A DNA stretch of 56,960 nt, filler included, from Sphacelaria rigidula (lineage: Eukaryota), in assembly GCA_964200075.2 (NCBI GenBank). It is 3 parts of 3 records of this genome, joined end to end, with 100 filler letters (N's around TTAATTAATTAA, not from the genome) between each part and the next. Parts side by side here need not be neighbours in the genome. Positions count along the whole stretch, not along the records: positions 1 to 18,928 come from CAXNAA020000763.1; positions 19,029 to 37,949 come from CAXNAA020000764.1; 1 more part is not named here. One strand, given 5' to 3'. The stretch's first letter is position 1. Every line of letters starts with the position of its first letter. Shown here in pieces: positions 10,665 through 22,262 of the stretch. The translations under genes and the position numbers were made by a program. Below the pieces are notes generated by a model. The model made no database searches. It saw nothing but the letters and a program-made list of their open reading frames with translations, and was not told where the DNA came from.

Positions 10665-13600
10665 CTAAAACAAAGACTCCCCGCCTCCGAATGCCCGACG
10701 CTGGCCCCCCGCGCCGCCTCCGCCGGCACCTCGTATCATGCGTCTTGGGTTGGGCTTGCTTACGGGAATGTCTGCATCTGGTGCAAGTAGAGGGCTCTGC
10801 TTGCTGTCCGCATCTACCCCTGGGGAGCGGGACCTGGCAGCGTCGTGATCGACGGTCATGGTAGTGGCAGGCAAAGTGGGCGGTGGCGGCGTACTCTAAG
10901 AATGAAGGACAATGACTCGCGTTGGGGGAATCCTTTGCTAAGGAAAGCGTTTTGCGTCACAAAAGTTATCTGCATTTGCGGGAGCATGCGAACGGGCGAC
11001 AAGCTCGTTCTCCGGAAACAGGCACTCTTACTTGCAAGGACACCCTTGATCGGGTATAGCGTTAAGCATGGGGGCTTGGACACAGATCCTCTCTGCAAAA
11101 CATTCACCTGTTGGATAGAAAAGTCGACGTTTCAGAGAATACACGGCCACTCCCACGAAAGAACGCGGCCCCCTCTCCCTTGATACCCTGCTGCTTATAA
11201 AAATGCGCTCACTTCATTTTTTCTACATAGCCTCTCAAGATTCCTCACCTAGAGGGAGGGGCCAACCCCACGCTACCGGTGCTTGTGGCAACATCACCCG
11301 CGCCTCTTGCCCAATCAGGGACGTCATCAGCAGAGTCCACTTTGCTCACAGCCCACGAAGGGGTCGATTGCACGCCAGCACCGCCCTTTGGTGAGATACC
11401 CCTGCTTTCTCCTTCTATTCCTGAAGCAACTGCGCCTCTATTCGACGCACTCCCTTCCCCCACTCCGGCTCCGAAGGGATTGTCCGATCGCCCACCACCG
11501 GCAGGCGATGAAGATCCAGCACCTCCAAAACCTCCACCTGCAAACCTGCGCCTGCCGCCCCCCGAGGAAGATGAAGGCTTGGGTGCGGGGGCAAACGTCT
11601 CAGCGGCGTGTGCTGCGGTCGAAGCAACCATCGTTGGCTGTTGATCACCATCGGGTGTAGTATCTGCCACTGATGGACTTGTAGTCGTTGTTTCTCGAGA
11701 CCCAGAGTTTCTATTCCAGAGACCCCCGGCGAAGGCCCGTCTACCGCCGCGCGCACTCGAACTAGTAGACGGCGACGTATTTGAACCGACAGCGGGGATC
11801 GAAGAAGACACTGTGGCTGGTGCTGCGCCGCACTCGGAGCTGCCGATGGAATATTGGCTCCCGAGGTGCCTTGAAACCGGTGGCGACTGTGAGGGCAAGG
11901 ACTCCGTCTCAGCAGCCATACCTTCGTCAGCGAACGCGCGTGACGCGTGCGAGGAAGACGAACTGTTCTCATACAAACTAATATGGCCGTGCTGACCTGC
12001 TCCAGGGCCAGATTCCGGGGCAAAAACAGCGCGCGAAGATTGCTGCGAATCTGCGGCATTGCACACCTCTGCTGATATTCCTCCGCCCGGCTGCGGAGGA
12101 ACCGTTAATCGGTCGTCGGCTTCGGGCAATGTTTTGGGCGACCCCTTCGGCGGGTCATCAGCCGTATCATCAGCTGTATCCGGTGTGCGTACAGAAGGGC
12201 GCCTGAACGATTTTAATGATAAGGCAGTGCGGGACAATCTGGTCGCCAGCGCTGCGGTCGAGGTCATTCCGCTAGTAGTAGAGGAGTCTTGTTCGTCTTG
12301 CCCGGCGCCGTCATTTCCTGGAGAAGCGTTATCGCCCGGAGCAGCAGCAGCGGCGGAACTAGCCAAGAATGAACCGGCGGTCATCGCTTTAGCGGCTGAC
12401 ATTGCGCTGCTCACCTGCGGGATGGGGCGTGTTCCAATCACGAGGGTAACGACAAAATATTCTACGTGAACTACCAACAGATCACCGTATTGGTGTCCAC
12501 AGTGCACTAATCTTCGCGCCTGAGACCAAATCTTATGCAAAAATTCAGCGGAAAAACAAAACTGGCATTTTCTGGCGGAATAAGGATATAAGTATCCAAA
12601 TAATTGACCGAATAAGCAGCACATAAAGTAACCGTTTGCACAAAGCGGGCGGCAAATTGCAAGTTTCCGTGTTTCAGTGCAGGTAACACGGATGCAGAGA
12701 GCCAGTACAAGCAATGTCGTCGAGAGCACACAACAGACTGTGTACTGCACTACAACTGTCTCTAGAAAAAAAACTGAGAGCCTTACAACAACCGCGGTAT
12801 GAGTAAATGGACATGGGAGAAGGGGACTGAGTGCTTCGAGCAAACGTTATTCTCAGCCGCAACAGGGGGAACCAAGTCAGTGCTAGCGGCTCACGTCGGC
12901 AAACATCGTGGCCGTCAGCTCGACAACCATCGAACTTCTCTTGCTAAAGTAGAACCGGGCTATATATACATCAATATTGCGGCCATCGCTTGCTTCATAA
13001 CACCCATGGCCGCGCGGGTGGTGGTATTCTGCTGGTGAAGGTCAAACTAGTGGCACCTCGTTTCTTGGGCACTTCCACATCAAGTAGAGCGTGCCTCGGG
13101 CTGTTCCTTTTGTGGTCACACACAGATTATCCTACGGTTTAGTATTCTCGTGCACGTTGTGGTTCAAAGCGAAGATAGGCCTAAACTTTGTTCCCTGTCC
13201 TGAAAACGGAGGGACAAAAACGATGTTGTAACGGAGGAATATCTCCAAGATCGGTGCGACGACAAGAGAAGGTGAAGACCCCCAAATCGCCCCGAAAGTA
13301 TTTTTCTGCGACCATTCCGGGACCCATAAGAGCTGGACTGGTGCGCATCCGTACCTGTAGGAACATCTTGGAAGGGCGCCTCACTGCGGAAGAACTTTCT
13401 GTTGTATCCACTCCAGGAGGAGAAGGAGCTCGCTCGGAATCAACCGTTGAGGGTGCTTGCTGCACTGGCTCGGACCGCGGTGGAGGCGAAGGTGAACGAG
13501 CCGATTGAGACACAGCGTTTTGCAACCCTGACGAATCCAAGAACGCCCCGCGGATGTCCATAAGCCAACCTCTCTTGCCCATGACGGACAAGCGTTCGGC

Positions 13601-16600
13601 TGCGATGTACATCTAGAATAAGGTATGCGTACGAAACCCGATACCGGCGAGGGGGTACACACGATGCGAGTTTGGCGCGTGCACTGTCGAGTGATGATCG
13701 CTGACGACATGCCGTCGGTGATCAAACAAGCACTCCAGGTAGCTACACGGTGTACGACGTATCATCATGCCTCACGTGTTGTCCTCTGTTCACGACCAGC
13801 GCTGCTATCAAGGCAAGACTTTCTTGAAATGAGTAGTATTTGTTCACAAGGTGACACAAGTCTTCAGCATACACTCAACACATTTATATATACATATATA
13901 CAAGCCGCACGGGACCCGGGGCTGCGACCCGGTCCCGTCCATCTATTTCGAGGATCTCGGTATTCTTGTCTTGCCAAGCTCTCGTGAGAATGGATCCTCT
14001 CTCGAAATGTTCATGCTCGCCGGAAACATTGCAGGACCACCGCGATCGCGCGTCCGTTCCAACGGTCGCGAAGGTATGTATACCCCGGCACAAAGTAAAG
14101 TACGAGTCCGCTAAACGAACCCCTAGCATTGGCATTGGTCTGAACAGTCATCTCCCGGGGCGAGTGCGGAGAAACTTGCACCCTATAATCAGCATTACGC
14201 GTCGTGGACGCCTCGTTACAAACTATGCTTCACGCTCGTGAGCTCGAAATATTCTATATATGTATACTATATCGTCTTGATACTTTGAACCCCTCGTGCT
14301 CCTCAACCAGGACGAGTCCGTGGTCTCAAGGGATGAGCCCATCTCTACAACAGCACCTGCCTAGCAATATACTGTCGAACATTGGATCAGTGCTCCCGCC
14401 GCTCATCGGCTTCCGTCCGATTAAGCTTGCATACTGACGTACTCACGCTATCAGACAATGGATATCTCGGATACGGAACAAACGACACCCGCCCAAACTC
14501 CGGCGTCCATGCGCCAGTTTAACCAGCAGGGCGCGGCAGCACTAGTACTACTTGTAGCAAAGCACCCCGACCCACGCATGTAAAGGCAGCTTTACTGTTT
14601 CACGCGCGTAACAAGGTTTTCGTGAGATTGAGAGCTGGGTGCGGATTGAGAGTGGTTTTGATAATTCGCTTTAACTTGGCCAATTCTTCATTCCGTGTGT
14701 GCTTTTCGTCGTCTCATCACCGCCATGTGCTTACAGCTACACGTTGATATCCTACTCAGGGGTATCGAGGGCCTCAGTGGCAAGCTACTAGAGAGAATAT
14801 TGGGCCTGGTGGAGTTGCCTTTCGTACCTGAAACGGCTAATTCACTAATTGATCGCTCTTCACTCTCAATCGTACCTTCAACTCTCAATTTCACGAAAAT
14901 GTTGTTGTGTGCTGTGCCCCACCTCATCGATCTTTTGCCGGGTAGATACAAGTTCCTGCCGCGTCTCGTCGGTGGGCGCCGCGGATGTGCCCTCCACACA
15001 GGCGTCCATGAAAGGCATCAGCTCCAACATGAGCCTGCTAGCGACCAAGCGACCGCTTAGTGCAAGATGTTCTGCACAGAACTTACGTAACTTAGGTGCC
15101 GCTACGGTTGGGTCCAATCCTGCCGAAGAATCGGCTGGTCCTCGTTGTAGCTCGTCAATTCCACGCATCTGAAGTTGAGGAATTGGGTCAATACCATGGG
15201 TTCGATACAGGAGATGAGACGATAGACAGCTAGCTGTTCCTCGCTGGAGGGTACTTGACACCGCTGCGTCTGACATTAAGCGGAGGAAGAGATTCTCCTG
15301 GACCGCGGAGACATGCACTCGGCTGCGGTTGGTTCGGAAAATTCAGGCAGTTAGAAGCACGAAGTCCGTCAGTGACTCTTTCGCCAAGATACATACTTTT
15401 GGATCTATTAGTACCGTGAGCAAAAAATACGGTAGTGGGCATTTTGTGATTTTTTCGTAATTGGCGAGTTCCTTGGGCTTTTTTCGCTTGCCCCCCCTCA
15501 TGACATCGGGGATCTGAAGATATTGGTATCCGCTCCACATTCCAAGAAGAAAAAATCATCTGGACTCAATATTGAGTGACTTACGGCCTGACCGGTCATC
15601 GGGGGTCCTGCCACGTTTCACTCCAGGTTCTTACTCTTCTGTATTTTCGATCGATCGAGCCCGTCCCGATCATATTTTTGAAGAAATGTACAGTTTTATT
15701 TTTTGACAGTCTGCCCACTCAGTGCACTAGGGCCGGAAAAGTGTGTTTCACGGTCAGTAGCACTCTCCTGATAAACGGGATATTTTCTCCTTTCGCCCGA
15801 TAACACCAACTACCACTGACTTGGGCACTGTGTTTCGAAGATGATCTGTTTTTTTGTACCAAAACCTACCGATGCTAGCAGTTTCGAGCTCTATGAAAGA
15901 GTAGTACGCGAGGAAAAACTCAATACACCCCTACATAGTTAGACCGCCCACCACTGTAACATTCATCACCCCCGAGGCGCTTTGAGGTCCACCGTAATAT
16001 GCAAACTCGACGCCAAACAACGGACATGACGGGTTGGCTGATCCCTCGTCGTGAAAAATCAAAGTGACTTAGATTCCATGTATAGCTCATTGCATGTCCA
16101 ACGCGTGCTGCACCTCTTCCTTATAGTCTTCCATCAGAGCCAAAAGTTCATTGATTGCAGATCTGGCCCCCTCGCAGGCTCGCATTGCCCCGCCTGCAAC
16201 GCTTCCTAGCGACGTGCCTTGGTCCTGCTGGGGTAGAACCAGTAGTGAATACAGAGCGTCATGTTCACATGGGCAATGGCAGCTACACCCGGCGTACGCT
16301 TGACTGTCCCAGCAAAGCTTTCACTACGCAAAACACTCTCGAATCCCGGCAAGCTCAGGCGTGAGAGTTTTATCCTGTCAACGGGCAATGGCCTGCCAGA
16401 AGCAACACAACACCATGTGCATGCATCCCGCTTCTGTCCTGAAATACCAGTGCCTTGTATATAAACCCCCTCTGTTCCGGAATATAGGTCCGATTCGGAT
16501 TTTCCAGAAATAAGTCCGGTTTCGCACTTGGGAGCGTTGGAAAATGTATTTTTGCGCCATTTTTCTTCATCGAGCTCGGACAGGTAGTGCAGTTGAAGAA

Positions 16601-17248
16601 GTGACTAAAAACAGGGGACGATCAATTTTCATCCCTTTTCATGGCTTTTTTTTCCCCGAGACGGATCTTCCAAAAATCTGGTGAGTAAAGAAAACTAGCG
16701 TGTCGTTTTTTCTCCCGTACGGAGCGGGGAAAAGTGTTTTTTCTGACCTTTTTTTTGTGTGGAACGTGGCCATATGTGGCTGGCTGTAGACGGATTCTTT
16801 GAGGGAAAACAAAAACATCTTCCCTTTTGACCGGAGGAAAAATTACAGGGTGCCAAAAAATTGGGACCTTTCAAGCGAAAGAACAACGTGAAGGAAAATA
16901 AATGAAAAAAAATGTGTTTTTTTCGAAAAAGACAATGTGTTCGAGGTGGGAATCGAACTCGCGACTTCAAAGGAAGATCGCCACGTTGATGTTTTTTTGC
17001 GTTTTGTCCAAATCGGACTTATATTCCGGAACAGAGGGAGTATATACTACACATACGTCTCGGTGAAACACGACTGTGAAGAAAATCCTTCGCCCAACTG
17101 GAACTCACGTGTTGAAAGCTCTCATTGAGGTGGTCGTTGATGTACGACGCCCGGTTTTGCTCGTCCACCACGTAGGCGGCCAGGAAGCGATTTGTCGTTA
17201 AAAATGCGGCCTCCTCATACGCCTCGTCTACGACGTGGTTCGCGACAC
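10665..17248 (-). CDS. Multi-exon host gene of unknown function: helical N-terminal part and long Ser/Gly/Ala/Pro-rich disordered C-terminus. It probably extends further 5' (candidate exons near 17490-17660, 17890-18050, 20400-20480).
   Basis: Open exons bounded by AG/GT: 17109-17248 (cag|..FQH|gtgagt), 16114-16224 (cag|DQGTS..YKEE|gt), 14923-15168 (cag|MRGID..KIDE|gt), 13355-13612 (tag|MYIAA..MFLQ|gtacgg), about 11249-12414 (cag|VSSAM..; 3' donor uncertain), and last exon about 10665-10895 ending ...GGGESLF*. Small candidate exons near 15265-15298, 14447-14541 and 13686-13742 are less certain. Confidence 0.72.
11249..12414 (-). CDS. Large low-complexity exon of the host gene
   Basis: Open frame within ORF 11245-12843; acceptor cccgcag at 12415-12421; S/G/A-rich. 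The donor may lie at 11249 or about 20 nt earlier. Confidence 0.75.
16466..17040. mobile_element. Stowaway-like (Tc1/mariner) MITE in an intron
   Basis: TIR of about 33 bp: CCCCCTCTGTTCCGGAATATAGGTCCGATTCGGA versus TCCAAATCGGACTTATATTCCGGAACAGAGGGAG, followed by TA at the right end (AA on the left). Resembles the CTCCCTCYGTT Stowaway terminus. Confidence 0.8.
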
Positions 17249-18392
17249 CTGCGCACGAGAGGAACCCCCAGCAGGTGTGGCATCGGTGCAGCTTCTGTGT
17301 GTCAAACAATGTGCACCTCATCTGGTGCAAAGTCCTTTGTAGTGCCACCACTGCAGTCATCTTGGAACTATATCGATCACACCATCGTTGGATGTAAGAT
17401 TCGCCCCACAGGAAATGTGACGAAAATGAAACACAGATCATAAGAGTGAGGATCCTGACAAAAAAAAATAGAGCTGCGAGCACGCGCCGATGTTGACAGC
17501 AATAGAGTGCGTGCCAGGGACGGAAACAGGTGCGGCGCTGAGGCGACGCGCTGAAACGTATTTTTGGCGACCGGTGGCTTGCAGCCGAACCCAGCCTAAC
17601 GTCAGGCTTTGAGGCTTGAGGTTAGCGATTCGGCGCGGGTGTTGGGCTGCTTTCTGTCGTCCTAGAGGTCCATCAACCGAATTGGCCACACCTCATGGCG
17701 GGTCTGACCGCCATAAAAAGATATCAGAACTTCAAAAACGAAAAAAACATCAACGGTACGCTCATTGCTCTTGGCTACTACAACTATCGCTTTTTTTTCA
17801 ATGCGAGTTCTACATTCTGCATTTGAAGTAACATATAATCTACACATATATATATATTCATATCTTCAAGTATCGTATGTAATGTGACCAAGTGCATCAA
17901 GCTTCCGGTGTCCCTCGTGTGAAGCCCACGCTTTGGAAGGCCGTGAAGGAATCAAAGATGAAGTTCTAGTTACGCAAAATGGTGCATAACCCTCCAAACT
18001 CTTCGCCTTCTGGCGGTCTCTGTGGGGCCTCGTTGCCGCCTTGCAGGCCTATTCATGTCCTACGTGGGTACGGTAGGATGGGAAACTACGAGCAGTGGTA
18101 CGATCGGTATAAAAAGTGCACCACATCGAAGATCGTTGACGAAACAGAGACGCTTCCAACGACTATCGCCACTGTAAATCTCGAAAGTCCGTGGCTGAGG
18201 GTCGAGTGACAATAATCACCCGAGTATAGCCTCCACACCACCGCTCCACATTGCCCGTTCTCTGGCGTATACCCTGAGGCTGCTTCTTTCAGGGGAACAG
18301 AAAGTTTTGAAGTGAATACTCGAGTTTCAGGCATTGTTTTTTTACCCTAGAACAGGAGATGTCGCCACCACATGCCTTGGAAAATATCAGGG

Positions 18393-18660
18393 AGGGATGT
18401 GTGACACGTGAACGTGAACGTGACGTGAATCACGTTCGTAAAATTCAACGTAACGTGACACGTGACGCGTGTCACGTTTGGAACATTCAACGTTACGTGA
18501 ACGTGCCATCTAGAAATTTAACGTAACGTGAACGTGACGTTAATCACGTTGAAGAAATTTAACGTGACGTTCCGTTACATGTAATGTGTAACGTGACATT
18601 GTCACGTGTCACGTATTATGTAACGTGGCATTGACACGTGTCACGCTCGCATGTAACGTT
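18393..18660. repeat. ACGTGA/ACGTAA/CACGT-rich degenerate array, possibly the subterminal region of a DNA transposon
   Basis: Dense ACGT-core words in both orientations, starting at AGGGATG; (AATC)n follows at about 18735-18760. Confidence 0.65.
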
Positions 18661-18928
18661 TTAGTTTCGTTTTTCGTGGGTACGTCTATCATGAGACCAC
18701 GGCTGGACCCCTGGGGGGTCAGTTCAAGTGCGACAATCAATCAATCAATCAATCAAATCAAAGTAAGACGTCATAAACACGTTACATGAAGCGGTGAACA
18801 CTTCAACTCTGCAATGAAGTTTGAACCACGCTCCAAGGAGGGAAAAAAAAAAGGAAGTAACAGAAAAAAAAAAGGAGGGAACGAACAGGAAGACAAAGCA
18901 AAATAAGACAAGAAAAAAAAAAAAAAAA

Positions 18929-19028
18929 NNNNNNNNNNNNNNNNNNNNNNNNNNNNNNNNNNNNNNNNNNNNTTAATTAATTAANNNNNNNNNNNNNNNN
19001 NNNNNNNNNNNNNNNNNNNNNNNNNNNN
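18929..19028. other. Artificial scaffold linker (N44-TTAATTAATTAA-N44)
   Basis: 100-bp spacer with stops in all six frames; identical structure at 37950-38049. Confidence 0.97.
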
Positions 19029-21348
19029 GTGAGAACGTGAGTAAACGAAGTAGTCGACTGGATTTGTGTGACGTGAGTTGACGCGGTGCGGGAGTGGTGA
19101 CCCAATCCGCGAGACGAAAATGAAAGGCGCGTACCGGGGGAGCGATGGGTTGATCCCTTGAGGCCACGGACTCATCCTGAGGAAGGGAAGGGCTTCAAAG
19201 TGTGAGAAATTCAAAAAAGAGGATATCTTAGGATTTGTTGCGGATTATTTTGGATAAAAATAACTGGCCGGATTCTAGATCGCGTGAACATCCAGGCTTA
19301 TGGCTTTAATCTCGCGTGGGGATCGCGGTATTGCGCTTTGTACTGTATCAAATATTTTACCGTAGTCCGATTTGGGTTCGATTGTGGTGATTCAGTCTCG
19401 GTTTTATCATCACCGAGATCACGACGTGGTGAGAATTTTCCTCTCATCTGAGTATGGTTTTAGACATGAAATTCAAGTGTTTTCAATCATGTGTTGTGAC
19501 CACGAGAAAGGTCATGGGGTCGATCCATTTGACAACATCAACTTTTTGATGGCTCATGGGATATGACGGATTCTTTTTGGTTGATTTAATTTATTGAACT
19601 TGAATTTCTGGCCATACTTTTCTGGAATGGCTTTGGATAAACACGTCCCGGGATTCGATACCTTGTGCTACCGAAAATGGTGAGGTAATATGGGGTCGGA
19701 GGAGCATATAGTTTAGGAGGTGATTTTCCTTGATGATTTGTTTCTTTGCTGGGTCTTCCGTGTATCACGGCATTTGTACTGTGAGAATTTATCTGATTAG
19801 GATGGAACTAAGATTTTTTGTGATATGAGCAGGGTTAAGCCTTGACAAGGGGGGCTATTTGAATGTTGCCGAGCTAAACACTAGTGCATGTGTACGTGGA
19901 TTAATTCGGGTACATCCGGGGCAGATTGATGATATATCATGGGTACCGGATATTGTGTGCGTGCCGGATTGTTTCATGACTGAATGCATGACATTGGAGG
20001 GAACCCACCGCGCGGTTATGCCCTCCGACAGTATCCTTGTTGAGTGTGTGTGTTTGTACTGCATTTTGGGGAGAGAGAGCAGCTCGGGTGGAGTTTGCAC
20101 GGTTGATGTTTGGTAAGTGAAGGGTATAAGAGAATAATGAGAGAATAAGCTACTACACATTCCCCTGTCCAGAGCAAGCCCTCCAAGAGGCGCTCCCTTG
20201 TTTCATTAAGACGAGGTAGCAAACAAACCAGCACATACAGCCACCCTCCGTCATTTTCGTGCTTTTGTACCATGAATATATAGAGGAAAGTGCCCTGTTA
20301 GGCCCAGTGCCATATTAAGCACACTACGGAAAAAAACGGTTACAAAATGACGCTCACTACATGGAACTCCTCTCTTTTTCGTCCGCAACGGTGAGCCTAC
20401 ATCTCCAGCTTTCGTTTGCGCTCTTCAGCGTACCGATCGACCTCGTCACTCACGAGCTACGGCAGGCACAGTCACTGGGTCTGGCCGTGCAGGCTGATGT
20501 TGGCTTGGTGTCGATCGTGCTGCTAAGGACGAAGTAAAAGGTGACACGGCATGTAGACTTGAACGTGGCCCAGGCGGCCCGAAGCACTGACAGGAGCAAG
20601 CACATGACACCTACGGTGGCTGAAAAGGCTGTTTTAGCGCTTTACAGCACTCGCCACCTGAAGAGCGGATGTGAAAACGGTACAGCAGTCGGTCCTACAG
20701 CAGTTTTGACCCGACAAGAAATTTTTGTATTGCTTCTAAGTGTGGCGCGGGCCAGATCAGGAGCGTGTGCCTATGTTTGAACCCCCATAAAGTGAGCAAA
20801 CTGGCACCAAAACCTATGATTTATTTTAAGGAGCCTTCACATGTCCACACAGCAGTCAATCAATGCGTCAAACTATTGATTTTGCGTCGCCTGCCGTGCA
20901 CGGGGCACGCATGAAGTAAAAATACACGAGAAATTGCCCCGAAATCGACGGTCCTGAATCCCGGGGATGTATGTTTTTTGTCCCCGGATATGGGCATGAG
21001 TGTGCTTTTTTTTTCGATACTGACGTCAAGTACACACATGATGTGCATACCAAGTATTAGGTTCTGAGACGTTCCAGAACGCAGATAATCGCATAATACG
21101 CAAAAATGTGCTCGACAGGACAGCAGTCGTGCTTTCAGACTTTCCTGCGCGGAGGAACCATGAACCGCAGAGCCGCTACCGCCTCTCCATACCACTCTTG
21201 TTTTTTTTTTTTTGATGTTGGAGAGTAATCTAAGCTATCGTTGTCTTCCAAAATATCGGTTCAAGTCGAAACATTGCCGACAAACCAGCCATTGGCGTCA
21301 GGCGTGGCTTAAGGTGGGCCTAATCTGGCACTTTCCTCCATGCAGAAG

Positions 21349-22262
21349 ATGTGCGTTATAACTTACTTGCAGTATTGTAGAGCATTTCGTAGGAGGAGGT
21401 GTGCGAGAGAGACACGGCTGCATCTATTGAACACTATAGCAGGTTCCACCATGTAGGTGAGCCTGTTGCCTGGAAACGCTCCTGGTGCAATACAGCAGTA
21501 TGCTAACGGTCATCGTATATTTTTTCAGAGTATATCTATTCTCTCTGATACAAAGGGGCTCTGAACCAGCCAGGGAAAGCATTGGCTCGGTCTTTCTTAG
21601 ATATGACGAGAAAAAATTACACCGTTTGTGTCGCGCCCAGGGGAAGTCGTGAAGGGACGGATGGTTTTCGAGGGAACCAATCGTCCATTGTACGGGTATA
21701 AACCGTTCACATCCTGGACACTATATGGTCAATAGACGCAATAGACGAGAAGTGTACTGCGTAAAGTATGGGCCTATTGCAACTATTGCCAGCCGACAAT
21801 GGTCGCAATAGGCCCATACTTTGTGCAGTACGTTTCTTGTCTATTGCAACTATTGACCATATTATATTGTCCAAGGTGTGAAACCGTTCAAGCAAGGATA
21901 TTTCGATTCTGAACAGGGAAAGATGTACTGCAGTACCCCTGAATACTATTCTACATGTTTCATTTCCAGCCATATTCTTCAAAAGACGTTGTAATCGTTT
22001 CTCATCATATCTAAGGAAGAGCGAGGCAATGCTTTCCCTGGCTGGTCTAGAGCCCCTTTGTACGAGAGAGAATAAGTATACTTTGAAAAACGATACGACA
22101 GCCGTCAGCATACTGTTGTATTGCATCGGGAGCGTTTCCAGGCAACAGGCTCACCTACCTGGTGGAACCTGCTACAGTGTGCAATAGATGGAGCCGTGTC
22201 TCTCCCGCACACCTCCTCCTACGAAATGCTCAACACTTCTGCAAGTAAGCTATAATGTACAT
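21349..22262. repeat. Long inverted repeat / foldback (arms about 21349-21630 and 21985-22262, weaker similarity further inward)
   Basis: For example GAGCATTTCGTAGGAGGAGGTGTGCG (about 21380) is the reverse complement of CGCACACCTCCTCCTACGAAATGCTC (about 22206). The arms align without visible indels. Confidence 0.9.

Noticed and set aside
18929-19028. TTAATTAATTAA palindrome between N runs (also 37950-38049)
   Set aside because: Artificial six-frame-stop scaffold linker. Adjacency across these gaps is uncertain.
21707-22126. 139-aa ORF as a gene
   Set aside because: It lies within the inverted repeat, the opposite arm has a stop in the same frame, and no domain is recognisable.
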